A stretch of 64,000 nt of DNA, taken from NCBI GenBank assembly GCA_964016885.1, contig OZ024741.1:138508001-138572000 (forward strand), given 5' to 3'. The stretch comes from Eledone cirrhosa (taxonomy: Eukaryota). The notes beneath the pieces are model-generated. The model did not search any database. It worked only from the letters and a program-made list of their open reading frames with translations, and had not been told where the DNA came from. The position numbers were made by a program, and so were the translations under genes. Shown here in pieces: positions 40,442-56,029 of this stretch (the stretch's first letter is position 1; every line of letters begins with the position of its first letter).

Positions 40442-40770
40442 GTATATGATATATACATATTATAATATGTATATAAATATAATATATATACATAATATAT
40501 ATATATATGATATATATAATATATATATATATAATTATATATATATATATATATATTTCGTTTCTGAATTTGTTTAGCAAGATTCTTTATCTGAAATCGT
40601 GTATTGAAACCGATATTGTTATACTTTGGGAGGGTCATGTTGCCAATAAGAAACACACGCACCAGTTGCTTTCACTTCAATTTTTTATATATTTATAAAT
40701 TTACAAATTTACAAATTTATAAATTTCTGGTTGGTTGGTTGGTTCCACAACCAGATAGTTGTTTATATAT

Positions 40771-40815
40771 AGTCATAGTCCTTTCGTCACACACTCTGTG
40801 ACCTCTTCAGTGACT
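40771..40815 (-). ncRNA. Type I hammerhead ribozyme in 3' pLTR
   Basis: AGUCA-CUGAAGA-G-GUCAC-AGAGUGU-GUGAC-GAAA-GGAC-UA-UGACU. Confidence 0.85.
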
Positions 40816-41074
40816 GGGGATTCCTTTCTTTGTTTCTGTGCCTTTCCTTTCTTCTGTCGTACGCCATTTTGTTTCTGTGTGTGTGTTGTGTGCTCAGTTT
40901 GCGCATGCGCCACATCCGGGTGTCTGTGTGTGTTTATGTTCATTTATCTATTTGTTTATTTATTTATTTATTTACATGTTATTGGTTGGTTGTTTGTTCT
41001 ATGTGTGTGTGTGTTTTCATTTTGTCCTTAATTGTAAGTTGTGATGTTGCTGTTCCACTCATATTTTCTATTTA

Positions 41075-42728
41075 ATTTTGGTTGTAATTCTTTTATGTTT
41101 ATTGCCTCTGTAATTTGTCTAAACATTGCATCTTTTTGTGTGTAGATTCTATTTTTATTTCTATGTTCTCTAATTTACCATTGTGTTCGATCTTAGCATG
41201 TTGGTAGAGTACAGATGATTCTTTATTATCTTGAAGGTCTCGCCAGTGTTCATTTATCCGTTCCCCTATACTACGAGCTGTCTCACCTATGTACACTATA
41301 TTTTTGTTTCTACATTGTCCTTCAGTACATATTATGCTATACACTACATTTCTAGTTTTACAGTTAATATGGGGGGCTTATTTTACAGGTTATACATTTC
41401 TTATCTATACATGAGGGTCTTTGAAACGGGTATGTCTTGCTAATAAGTGTTTTTACGGAGTTACCTGGTCTTTCTACTATCTTAATATTGAGTTTATGTT
41501 TATTTAGGGACCTTCTAAATTTGTAGGCTAGTTCGGCTCTTGGGGTTGTATCGATGAACATTACACTCTGGTATTTATTGCTATCATACCATGAGTTTAT
41601 TCTATTAGCCTTGTTCCTAGTTCTTTCTATTCTATTCCAAAATTTGCTCCTATACAAGAGGCAGGTCCCATTTATGTCATTATTTACCATTTTTTCCCAT
41701 TCGGTTCTAGCTCCTCTATACACTCTGATTCTATCTCTCTGATTGTAGCCAGAGAACTGCATACGGTGGATAAAGTGTTGTATGTGTCTCTCTAGTTCTT
41801 CGGGGTTGCACATGCGGGACACATTTCTCATCCCCCGTACCAAATCCGCAATCAGTATGTTGATTTTGGTATGGTCCGAAATGGCTGAGTTTCGGTGGAT
41901 CAGATGTTTGGAAGTCATGGGTTTGGCATAATGGGAATGGAGGATTTGTTTTTGGTTGTTAATGGTATCTAACAAGAGCTCTGTGTCTAGTACAGGTAAT
42001 CGATGGTTGGGGTGTCTACTTGGGTAGTCTATAGTAACTCTAATGCTCTGGTGGATGGAGTTTGCTATTTGCTGGATGCTTTCCATTGCGTTTTTCTCTA
42101 GTTCCTGACTGTTCTCTAGTGGGGGTGTCTTAACTACGATGTTTATATCATCTACGTAGCGGGAGTACATTATCAGGGTTAAGCTGTCTTCTAATTGTTC
42201 TTTAATTTTAAGTTTAAGTCTACTGTCCCACCATACCATGAATAAGTTAGCTATGTCGCCTGCAATGCTAACACCAATGGCTGCTCCTTCCCCTTGGGCA
42301 TATGTTTTTCCATTACATTTGAACATATGTTCCTTAAGGGTTAGTTTTATGCTGGCTCCTACCGCATGTGCAATCATTTTCTTCAGTTCATCGTGGTTTT
42401 CGGGTGTCCGTATGGCTCTGGTCCACCCGTTCCATCTATCTGTGTGGGTTTTCTTGGCCATTGAGGTAATGGTAGGTGATCTGCCTCTGGCTGGTCTTTT
42501 AGGGCACAGGTTGCTAAGGTCATATGTGTCTAGGTAACTATTACTATAGGTAAGCTTAAGTAGAAGTCCCAGCTCACTGGTATCAATCCCACGGAACTCA
42601 ACCTTGCTCTCGCTGATCATTTCTACGCATTTCTCCACAGCAAAATCCACGTCAATAGATGGATACAGGGACACAACATCCATACTGCCTATTATGCAGT
42701 TTGTTAGGTCCCCAGATCGGTTACTCAA
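41075..42728 (-). pseudogene. PLE RT + GIY-YIG endonuclease, frameshifted
   Basis: SMDVVSLYPSID, QGEGAAIG, RYVDDI, LPVLD, YAKP, VERPG, CIDKKCITC; frameshift ~41370; YSIIC..YIGETARS..ERINEH. Confidence 0.9.
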
Positions 42729-43055
42729 TGGTTCCCAGATCGGTTACAATGACGTGCCGGCGTTGTATGGGCTTCGAAAAGACCATAACACGGGCTGTGA
42801 CCCTGTCGTGGGACCACCAACACGGCCAGTCTGTGGAGCTAACATTGCTAGTAACTACAGACTGTCCTACTTCCACTCCCTGATCATACGTCCCATCATT
42901 GAGATGTCCCCAGATGTATGTGACAGCACGGAGGACCTCCTCAGCAGAATCTGCGTGAGTAACCGATCTGGGGACCTAACACATTGCATAATAGGCAGTA
43001 TGGATGTTGTGTCCCTGTATCCATCTATTGACGTATCCATGTATCCCTGTATCCA

Positions 43056-43150
<95 letters not shown>

Positions 43151-43267
43151 TAGAAGTGGTATTTAATTTGTTGGAGGGCCGACAAACATAAATGTTTAGA
43201 ACTGATTTAGAGCTCTCAACATCTAATGGAGTAAATATTCAATGATATTCATTGATATATATATATT

Positions 43268-43304
<37 letters not shown>

Positions 43305-43377
43305 ATATATTTATATATACAATATATATATATATATATATACAATATTTATATATATATTATATATATATATACAA

Positions 43378-43426
<49 letters not shown>

Positions 43427-43649
43427 GAAAGGTATAGGAATTGTTTTTGCGAGAAGCTAAGAGTATTCCATAACATATATGCGACTATGGCGTCAAGATG
43501 AGACAAATAGTTAACGTAAGATGTAGGAAAAATAATTCAAACTCATCTCAAAAGAGAATCAGGATATAAATTCATCTACAGAATTTAGTGAAATCCAGGG
43601 GAAAATCAATAGAGCCTTAACTCATGATAAAATAAAGTCTAAAATACTC

Positions 43650-44086
43650 ATCCTATATATATATATATATATATAAAACTGACGATGTCTGTCTGTGTGT
43701 GTGTAAGTTTGAATCCCGGAAACTCGAGAACCACCCAACCGAGTGTTTTCAGACTTTACACATGTAATAGTGATGGTTCAGGGAGTTTTCTGAGCAAAGG
43801 AAATTCAAATTTCCCATGCTCTAGGGACCGCACTAGGCGATTTAGCGATCACTCTCTATAATGTTTAGTCTTTCTCTTTTTAGATAGATACATACATATA
43901 ACTTCGCACCCTTATAATATCTGTCCGTATGTCTGGCTGTCTGCACTACATCACTTCCCTGAGGATGTCTCTCTGTTAGTTTCAATCCCTAAAACTCGAG
44001 AACTAGCCAACCGACTTTTTTAAAACTTTACATGTGTATTACTTATGTTTTTCTCAACTTTTTGGGCCCATAGGGCACGCATTAGT
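43650..44086 (+). mobile_element. Probable non-autonomous Helitron
   Basis: 5' TC-(TA)n-AAAA..GATGTCTGTCTGT; duplicated aaactcgagaac..caaccga..actttaca block; 3' GC hairpin (GCCC..GGGC) before ATTAG-T. Confidence 0.5.
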
Positions 44087-44202
44087 TAAGAAAAATGCAT
44101 TTTTTCAGGTTTTTATTATATATATATATATATTTCAGGTGTTTATTATATATATATATATATATATTTCAGGTTTTTATTATATATATATATATATATA
44201 TA

Positions 44203-44314
44203 TGTAGATAAATCTACCAAGAGTTTACGGTAGTGTCCAATCCGTAGGAAGAACTCAATGGGTATGTATGTGTATATGTGTATATACATGAGTGTGTTTA
44301 TATATGTGTATAGA

Positions 44315-44371
<57 letters not shown>

Positions 44372-44576
44372 TGTGAATGTATGTATATATGTATGTGTGT
44401 ATATATATATATATGTGTGTATATATGTATATGTCTATGTATTTATATGTGTATATGTATGTGTCTCTATATGTATGCGTGTGTGTATGTGTATGTGTGT
44501 ATATATATGGTGTGTGTATGTATATGTATGTGTATGTATGTGTTTATGTATATCTGTATGTATATGTATGTATATG

Positions 44577-44609
<33 letters not shown>

Positions 44610-44652
44610 GTATGTATATCGATGTATATTTTATATTTTACTTGTTTATATA

Positions 44653-44716
<64 letters not shown>

Positions 44717-45510
44717 CATAATATTTTTCTTTTTTCTTTTTCTTTTTATTTCTAAATTTATAGATACATTTATAAATAGGCAGTTTGCTGACACCAGTAA
44801 ATACTGGCCTCTCCCCCCACCTGCTTTCTGTATCTGGATCTAAATATGTGTGGCAGTGTTTATGTGCGCGCATTAATGTCCATATGCTTATGATAATAGT
44901 ATATACACATATATGTGTGTGGGGGTGTGTGTGTGTATGTATGTTCGTGGTTGTGTGTATGTTTATGCGTATACGCGCGTGTGTGTGTGAATGTATGTAT
45001 ATGTGTGAGTATATGAATGTGTATATATTTATTTTTATATTTATATGTTTATATGCGTATATGTATTTTATCTGTAGATTATAAACATACAGAGACATTA
45101 GCCCTGAATTTTTGTATTTACATACATCTTTTCGGCATGCGTATGCATGTGAACATATATTTTTATGCATATCTGTGAACGAAGTTACTTACATATATAC
45201 ACACACCTAACTGTATAAACTTTTTGTGTTTTCATTGGTCAATTTGAACTCTGTTCCCAAACAGACCTGTAATTTTGAATTGTTGTTATTATCAATAAAT
45301 ATATTTCATTATTTCTGAAGACGGCATATATATGTGTTGGTATGTATATTTGATTTTGATAGTTTGTATAATTTCGTATAATTTTGTACATAGATCTGTT
45401 GAATATACATGCCAATTCTAACACATATATATCCTAGAAACGATCGTTAAATAATGAACTTTTTTTGTTTAATATAAGGAACTGTTTCATTGTTTTATTC
45501 ATTATTTTTT
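44203..45510 (+). mobile_element. pLTR-derived element of the 3539-7605 family with inverted tail and microsatellite-rich body
   Basis: 44203-44258 is the reverse complement of the 7550-7605 tail; 45235-45510 matches ~7205-7465. Confidence 0.75.
45305..45458 (+). ncRNA. Hammerhead ribozyme with 10-bp stem I and long stem II
   Basis: UUCAUUAUUU-CUGAAGA...GAAAC-GAUC-GUU-AAAUAAUGAA. Confidence 0.8.
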
Positions 45511-45514
45511 TAAT

Positions 45515-47142
<1,628 letters not shown>

Positions 47143-47230
47143 ATATATATAACTATAAAAAGTTTTAGTATATACATAACCATAAATAGTATCCTTAATA
47201 TTATATATATATATATATATTTTATATATA

Positions 47231-47296
<66 letters not shown>

Positions 47297-47303
47297 ATAT
47301 ATA

Positions 47304-47338
<35 letters not shown>

Positions 47339-47603
47339 AATATATATATTAATATATATATATATACACATATATATATACAAAGAATTATCAACAGTTA
47401 GTTGTGGGATCTAGTCTGCATGAAGAACTCAATGTAATCCATATGTTGATAATGTTGTAGGTTAAAAGGTTAAAATAAATCCCGGAAAACAAAAAAAAAA
47501 TAATCACAAGGAAAACAGAGTCATGATATAACTTGAAACAATGAAATAAAAATTCAAGTCATTAGGAATATACTTCACTGCTTTACGATCGTTTCTTTAA
47601 GAT

Positions 47604-47739
47604 TGCTTTTGACAACAGCTGATGATATACAAGTAGGTAAATATTCTCCTTATCTGATATTTTGTAACTAACCTTACATAGATCGATAACGGAATATGCG
47701 CACGATGTATTATTATCTCCTAGAAACGATCGTAAAGCA
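47604..47739 (+). ncRNA. Hammerhead ribozyme with U3:A8 core in fold-back element 47395-47790
   Basis: UGCUU-UUGACAA-CAG...CUA-GAAAC-GAUC-GUA-AAGCA; 47525-47596 is inverted at 47722-47790. Confidence 0.65.
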
Positions 47740-48801
47740 GTGAAGTATTTTCCTAATGACTTGAATTTTTATTTCAGTGTTTTAACTTATATTATATATA
47801 TATATATATTGTCATTTGTTAGTTCATTTATGGTATGCCTATGTACACGATCAGTTGAGAAACACGTAATTATTTCATTTTGACTGAAAGTTAGGTGAAC
47901 TATATCTTAAACTGGTATCATTGCCAATTAGATTAAATTGACGTGGGAAGGCTTAAGTATTTTACCCGCTAGCTGGCCTTAAGTCAGCCGATCAATTTTC
48001 ACAATTGTACCAGCTTTTATAATACCAATTTGTATTTAGGTCCCGGTACAACATTATCATATGGAATGTATAACCACATTGTATAGTTACTTTTCAAAAT
48101 TTAATAAATGAAGTACTAAGGACTCGTCAACTAAGTTCAATATTTCATATCATTTGTCAAAAACATAAAATACATTCACTCATGTGTAATAATCTTTATC
48201 TTACAATAAACTTTTCTCTTGTTCGATTATGATATATACCGTATAACGTTCTAGGAACGGAAATTCATGGTAGTATTTATTGAAATACATTTACTGAAAT
48301 AAATGAATCCCTTAGTAGGGACATGTTTCTGAAGAGCTGAGGTAAAGGGTCTTTCTGAAAGGAAGCATTTTGGTTTATATTCTGATATATTTCAGCAAGA
48401 AAAATCTACATAACAGCATGTCCTTTCAATGTTAGTAAGTATGTTCATATTACGATACCAACGTCATATTTCATTTTCTATCTACAATTTAAAAAAACCC
48501 ATCTTTTTACTGATACTTACTGACATTCACAATATGTTTACTATAACTTTCCTGAATATTTCTCATAACCTTTGTATCACTTCTCGTTTTTTAAGACATT
48601 TTTTTAGCATTAAAAAGCTTATCACTGAATCTTTCAGTATTATTATGACGATGGCTGCGTTAAGCAATAAATCAAATATGTGAAAAACGTTATCATTATG
48701 TTTTCATGTATAAAAAAAGACATTCATTATTATCGTGTATACAACGTTGGCAACACTTACGCATAAATAGTAAATGTAATATAAAATGTAGATATACGTA
48801 C

Positions 48802-48864
<63 letters not shown>

Positions 48865-49649
48865 TCGCTTTATTTCCGGATATACACGGACACTCACGCG
48901 CAAACAGACCACACACACTAACACATATATAGACAGTAGAGAATTTAGATACTGGAACGATCGACACTCAATACAAATTCTAATGATTATATTTATAAGT
49001 AGAAGCCGATTCACAACTGCGTTATTTATTATGTACTGATGGATAGGCAAATAACGAGCATATATGATAGTCTCTGATGTCTATCCTGAGATGTGACTCG
49101 TTTTCACTGTTAAAGATGATCTCCATTTGTCTTGAGTAAAGCCATTTGGTATTAATTATAACAAGTTCCCTGGTTGAAAACTTGCAGTTATTTAATACAG
49201 ACTATAATGCCTTGTAACAGCTGGAAACCTTATTCCCCAATTCAGAGTAGGTGTACGATGAGATAATAACCTGGTTTACTATACCTCTAACGTGGACAGC
49301 TACATCAATATAGCTATGAAATTACACGTTCTGTAGTAAGCAACACTTTCCACCATCAGAACTATTCCATGAGATATTTTCATGCACATTACATTCATAT
49401 TAATTTATGTTTTCTTGAGGTTGTTGCTTCCAATATCAAACGCAAAAATAGCATATATAGTTATACACGGACCTCAGTCAGGACATTTCTATATACACTA
49501 CTTGTACCAAAAAACTATTTCGTTTTGACAACACGTTAAGATTAAGTATACCGCAAATTGATGTTATTCACTACATCTACTGATTAGATCATCGGCATAT
49601 AATACTATGTGAAATATTATTTATTCTGTTTATCTAATTTCTAATAACT

Positions 49650-50085
49650 GTTTCTACTTTTGGCACAAGGCCAGCAATTATCCCAGTGCATTATTAGTAC
49701 TTTATTTTATGGACCCCGTAAGGATGAAAGGCAAAGTTAACCTCGGCGGGATTTGTCTGATTTCTAATAACGTGCAGATATTTCTAAAGAGGTGTATCAC
49801 CATAACATCACCAAGAAGACCTGGGATATGAACTCAGAAAGTAAAGGGCCGTAACGTTTTGCCTCAAAGGATAGTGTCCGACGTTGTACCGATGCTGATA
49901 ATAAGCATATATGTACACATATATTATAGGGTCATTTATAATAATAGATCCTGATTTAGGCAGAAGGCCAACCATTTTTCGGCGAAGGAAAAGTTGATTA
50001 AATCGGCCCCAATATGTTGTTGGCACTTTATTTTGTCGACCCCCTAAATGATGAAAGACAAAGCTAACCTCGGCGGGATTTGAAA
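49650..50085 (-). mobile_element. Two partial tRNA-derived SINE copies (49650-49755, 49955-50085)
   Basis: Reverse complements of AAATCCCGCCGAGGTTA.CTTTG.CTTTCATC..GGGGTC.A.AAAATAAAGT. Confidence 0.8.
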
Positions 50086-51334
50086 TCATATTTCACGTAT
50101 GATAATGATACCAATACACTTGCTGTGAATATTTTAAGATCCGACGTTAACATAACTATTTCATATTCTAATTGTTTCAGTAGCAGTCGTTTACACACTA
50201 CGAAGTATTAGAAGTAAGACATCTTATAATAGTATATACAAATAGGCGTTTATTCTCACACACGCTATGTTAGTGTTACCGCTAATTAAATAAATAAAAC
50301 ACTACACTCTTGTATAATACAATATCATTATATAATATATTTCATCCGATATTTGATGTTTGTCGTTTGCTTGGAAATTCAGTGAGATATACAACGCCTT
50401 AAATGGAAATGAATCTTTTCTAAATTACCGATATAAACGATACCTAAAGTTCTCTGAATATAATTAGCTAATATATAGCACGGTTATCTATAAATTGTTA
50501 GTATCTTTATTGAGAATATATTACACTTTCAAGTCACGTAAAAATATTCATAGATTTATTTGTCTCGATGTTTGGGAATTGCTTACAAAAGTACATGTTA
50601 CTGGAGATTTAATATAAAATAATTCCTTACAGACAATACACGCTGCTGCTAAAATGTTGTTATACAGAAAATTGCATTCTATTGTGTATTTTATTCTATG
50701 TTGATAAAGACCGTAATAGAAATTATTAGATGTATATTAGGTGCGATATCTCTGCATTTAAAATAAATATTACGCATTAATTTCAGTTTTTATCTTTATA
50801 AGAGGTGATACAAATCTATAAATGATATTGTGTTATGATATTTATCATATTTTCGCATTGAATATTGACATAAATTTGCTTAATTAAAATGCCTTAAAGT
50901 TTTAAATTTCAATAACATCAAAATGAAATTCTAGTGCCGTAAAATAGCAAAACAAATACGGTCTATTATTATATTTTAAATATAAAATAGATTAAAATAA
51001 TGCCGATAAGTATAGTGGTTTTTATAATTAATTCACAATTTCAATTCAAAATTTTAATGATATAACGGGCCCTTGAATTATATTTTCGTTTATTATCCGT
51101 CAGTAATTGTTCATCAACCACACCCTTTATCTTTCGGTAAATATGATATAGATTATAAAATAATGCAATCACAGTTTGACAATAACGAAACGGAGTGAAA
51201 GTAGTTATTTATAATTGGTGCAAAACACTGAAAATTTATAAGGTAAAACTTTGTCGCTAAAAAGAAACTGTATGTATTTTTTTAAAATATTCGATACGTT
51301 ATTGACGCTGTTGTTCAAGCTCCAGTTCTCTGAG

Positions 51335-51620
51335 AATAGATAGGTACGTAGATAGATAGCTAGATAGATAAATAAACATAGAGATAGCTAGAGAGCTAGA
51401 TAGATAGATAAACATACAGGTAGCTAGAGACCTAGATAGATAGATAAACATACAGGTAGCTAGAGAGCTAGATAGATAAACATACAGGTAGCTAGAGACC
51501 TAGATAGATAATAAACATACAGGTAGCTAGAGAGATAGATAGATAAACATACAGGTAGCTAGATAGCTAGATGGATAATCATACAGGAGGCTAGATAACT
51601 AGATAGATGGATGTATGAAT
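51335..51620. repeat. (GATA)-derived minisatellite, ~32-36-bp unit
   Basis: TAAACATACAGGTAGCTAGAGA(C/G)CTAGATAGA repeated about five times. Confidence 0.85.
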
Positions 51621-51949
51621 ATATAGTGTTAAAGATGCATAGACAGGTAAATAGTGATATATATATAGAGAGAGATATTGATAGAGACAGATAGCTACTA
51701 AATAGATAGCCAGGCAACCAGTCATACAGACTGAAATACACGCCTGTTACATTGAATTGTATATCCTCCAACATACTATATTATACCCACAGAATTCTGC
51801 ATATAAAAAAAAACCGTTAGAAATTCAAAACCAAATCAGAATAAGAAAACCTCATTTAAATATCTAAAGTGTTTTACATATGTTTATACTGCGATAAAAA
51901 CACATTTCAGTAATGTGGAAAAGAAACAGCGGGGAATAAATAATTAGTC

Positions 51950-52900
51950 TTTATCCGTGCATACGTAACGTATTAGAGTAGGGAATTACAAAAAGCCAAT
52001 GTTCGACAGAAAATTGCCCCAAATATCCATAAAGAAAAATAATTGTGGCATAAGATCAAACGGTCAAATAGATATTTTTATTGGGGTGGAGGAACTTTGT
52101 AGAAGAATTAGCGCATGGAGAAATGTTTTTTCTATATTCAAGTCGACAATTCTTTAACTTTACTTCATATTTGTTGAGGTTTTCTTTGTGTCATAATTTC
52201 CGTAAAGCTTTTTGTAACCTGGTAACTGACAGGCTGTTTAGTTTCAACACACAGAAAATGCCATTTGAAGGGCGTTTCCATAAAATATATCGTTTTCTTT
52301 TTATTAATCCAAGTGAAACGAAAGTTATCTGGAATCATGATCAGCTTAATCTCTGAAGAACTTGTAAAATCCGAAAATGGAGTTAGAAAACTGACAATCT
52401 GAAGTATCTGCCAATGTTGCAAGTATGGCAGGTTATAACAGAGTTGTTCAGCAGAGAATTAATGAAAGAATAAAAGTTATTTTGTAAACTGCGATAAAGA
52501 TTTTCACTGTTTTATTGATAAGACGGATGCTAACCCTGATGTATTTTAGTGTTAAGTCATTTCCTTCACCTTATTTCATTTTCTTCTGCTAAACTCTGCG
52601 TTGATAATAACTGACAGATGTCACACCAACACTTGCGAAATATGCATCTAAAATTATTTGGCGTTCCGGAAATAGATTCACTGCTGCCTTTCTATGACGT
52701 TTATGATTAGTTTCATATCCTATGAGACAAGTTTCAAACCTTGTTTGATGAGAAAAATAAATTCCTGATAAACACGTTGATACAGGGCAGTGCAGGGTCA
52801 AATTGTAACATTTATATTTTATCATTTTAGCTGAGATTTGGAATAAAAATCGTTTCTGGCAAAGTTATGGCCCTTAATATAAGGGATCTTCTACCTAAAC
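51950..52900 (-). pseudogene. Heavily decayed Tc1/mariner-like transposase relic
   Basis: Minus-strand fragments resembling KFET, FHL.(G).NK.N and DL.P..FFL.GYL in the expected order; many frameshifts. Confidence 0.4.
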
Positions 52901-53471
52901 AGGGGTGTGTTGGTTTAATGGCGCTGGGCGACATATTAGAGGTTTTTATCGATTTCAATCGGTTCTTATCCACACGAGATGGTCCAGGTTACTCTTCAAC
53001 CTGTTTGTAGTTATCGTTGTTGTGGTATAAGTATGGTCATATGCATTTGGTCGCTTTTCTTGGTGTCCCACAATCTTAAATTGGTATTCAGTTTGAACGA
53101 AAATGTATTAAACTTTCGTAGCATCGAGTGCTTTGTGACTGCCCAATCAATTCGTTTAGTATTTGCTATATTGTCACTACAACTTTGATTTTAAAATATT
53201 ATTAATATTGTTCTCCTAGTTACATATATTCGGTTGATTTTGTTTACAAATCTTAGTTGAGAACCTTTATTTGAGGCTGTGAAAATATCTCTCTTTAAAC
53301 CCTAAATTTGCCCGCCATCAGTTCGGCCAATTTGACCCTCCTCTTCTGAGAAAAGTCACCTTTCTGTCGATCTCATTCTAAATAATTTTTCTTTATTTCG
53401 ATTTTTTTTCTAATCCCGGTGATTTTCGTTATAATGGAATCTCACTCTACTACTATATTATCATAATTATT

Positions 53472-53790
53472 AGGCGGTGGTTGATTGTCAGTATTGGTAG
53501 AGGGTCGGACGCCATGATTTGCAGCATAGTTACGCCCCTTTACGGCCTGAGTTCAAATCCTGCCGAGGTTAGCTTTGCCTTTCATCCTTACAAGGTCGAG
53601 GAAATAAAGTACCAGTAACGCACTTGGGTCAAATTAATCGAACTTTCCCTCCCCCCAAATTTCTAGCCTTGTGCCTATATGAGAAACCATGCAGTATCGG
53701 TAGTGGGGCGGACATGCTTTCCAGCATAGTTACGTCTCTTTACGATCTGGGTTCAAATCCCGCCGAGGTTTAACTTGCGCCTATATAAGT
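53472..53790 (+). mobile_element. tRNA-derived SINE plus partial tandem copy
   Basis: GAGTTCAAATCCTGCCGAGGTTAGCTTTGCCTTTCATCCTTAC..GGTCGA..AATAAAGTACCAG; second head from 53690; (ATT)n tail. Confidence 0.85.
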
Positions 53791-53793
53791 AAC

Positions 53794-53831
<38 letters not shown>

Positions 53832-53865
53832 GTTGAGTTCAAATCTCGCGCACACACACACACGC

Positions 53866-53906
<41 letters not shown>

Positions 53907-53917
53907 AATATATATAT

Positions 53918-54287
53918 TATTCAGAATATTAATAAATGAAGACATTCACATAATCAAAATATATGTTTTATTATATATATTTCGAAGGCACTGTGCTTTT
54001 TTTTTCAGTACGTCCTCGTCAGATAAAATACATGAATTGATGTATGACATACCTCAAAGGTCTTGATGGTTCAATTCCAGTATTGGCAGGGATTTATTAC
54101 AACGAATCTCAACATTTATATACCACAAATAATAACATGATAAACTTAAATTTAATGAAGAAGAGGATGTGGAGCGAGATATGGCTATAAACAGTGGGTG
54201 AATATGAGGAAATGAAAGAAGAAAATAAATAAATACATACATATATAAATAGTTAAATGCGTAAATAGACGTATTAGGGAAGAAAAA

Positions 54288-54367
<80 letters not shown>

Positions 54368-54912
54368 AGAAGAAAAAAGAAATAACGGCGAAAAAGAATG
54401 AAAGAGAAATGATGTGTGACTGTTGCTTTCAAATATTAAGTCAAAATTAAACAATATAAAAATATTTTCTATAGGAATGAGAACCATAGTTTAATTAGCT
54501 AATATATTTACTAAATATTTTGTTACAATATTCAAAAACATTTTATAGCCATTTCTCGCTCCACATCCTCTTCTTCATTAAATTTAAGTTTATCATGTTA
54601 TTATTTGTGGCATATAAATGTTGAGATTCGTTGTAATAAATCACTGCCAATACTGGAATTGAACCATGAAGACTGTTGTGGTATGTCATACATCAATTCA
54701 TGTATTTTATCTGACGAGGACGTACTGAAAAAACAGCACAGTACCTTCGAAATATATATAATAAAACATATATTTTGATTATAAGAATGCCTTCATTTAT
54801 TAATATTCTGAATAATATTAATAACTCCAGAAAACTTTATTGTATAGTGCTTTTAATCTATTATAAATCTATATTCCTTGAGTAATCAATGAACCATATT
54901 AATCTTTGGTTA
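53918..54912. mobile_element. Fold-back element with ~275-bp arms, each with an intact HHR core
   Basis: 53918-54192 is inverted at 54545-54820; HHRs at 53966-54028 (-) and 54705-54766 (+); TTGAG tail before (TA)n. Confidence 0.88.
54705..54766 (+). ncRNA. Type I hammerhead ribozyme
   Basis: UUUUAU-CUGACGA-GGACGUACUG..CAGUACCUUC-GAAAU-AUAU-AUA-AUAAAA. Confidence 0.8.
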
Positions 54913-54940
54913 TATATATATATATATATATATATACATT

Positions 54941-54974
<34 letters not shown>

Positions 54975-56029
54975 GAGTGAGAGTGAGAGAGAGAGAGAGA
55001 GAGACAAATACAGTAATTTAACAACCGAAAGACAAATGTCTTTATATAAAGTGTAATATTAGCATAAATCCTATTTTACACTGCACCAAACAGGCAAGAG
55101 AATATATATATATATAATATCAACGTATTGGATAACTATATAATATCTTTCTGTGTTATGAATCGGATGCCTTGGTATTTTTATTTTACTTTATTTTCTC
55201 TATGAACTCATATTTTCTATAATACATATTTTTCACTCAGAAAACCGGCTTTGCAATTGTTTGTTTATATCTCACAATGATATTTGTCTTTCTCAAGAAT
55301 ACTTATGAAGAAAATATATAGCTACAACTTTTGTTTTAAAATTTAACTGATGCATGAAACATCAGCATTTTGAAAAACATATCGAATATTATATATATTA
55401 AAGTCTTCTTTATTGACGTTTCTTCCATTTATTTTACAAATATTGTAATGTGGTTTGTTTTATGAATTCACTCAGGTAAATATAAATTCAAAATTACATA
55501 CGCAACGACCTTGAAACAACATCTCATGTATTGTAGAATACTTAAAATTACCAGCTCTTTCTTTAACTATGGCTAATTATTTGTCAGTACCGAGTCATGC
55601 AAAGAATCTCAGTTAAAATATAAAATAAGCAGCAAAGGTATTTTCAATTGATTTACAAAGATAGAATGGAACAAAATAATACAAGAAATTTGAACTAAAT
55701 TTTACCAATGTCAAGACATCAAAAACACCGAGAAAATATTTTCACAATTCGTTATTTGCGTTATTTTCAAGCAAACAAAACGGGGAGTAACTATTAAAAA
55801 TGAACCAACCAACTGGCGAGTAAAGGCTAGAATTATTGTCAACTATATGATTCCTTGAAATGCCTATGAATTAATTTGAGAGAAGGAAAATTCATGAATT
55901 TTATGGCATGCAAACTGCGAGGAAAATGGTTCTAATACATACTTTCGAAGAGGAAATGTTATGAATCATAGAAACTCAATGATACACAAATTACTATATA
56001 TATATACTGTATATATATATATATATATA

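Larger units (their letters stand above)
40557..43059 (-). mobile_element. Penelope-like element (YVDD type) with 5' inversion
   Basis: RT + GIY-YIG on the minus strand, 3' pLTR with HHR, inverted 5' RT segment 42748-43034; inserted in (TA)n. Confidence 0.9.

Noticed and set aside
51335-51620. CRISPR-like array
   Set aside because: Repeats are contiguous without unique spacers; eukaryotic context with no cas genes.
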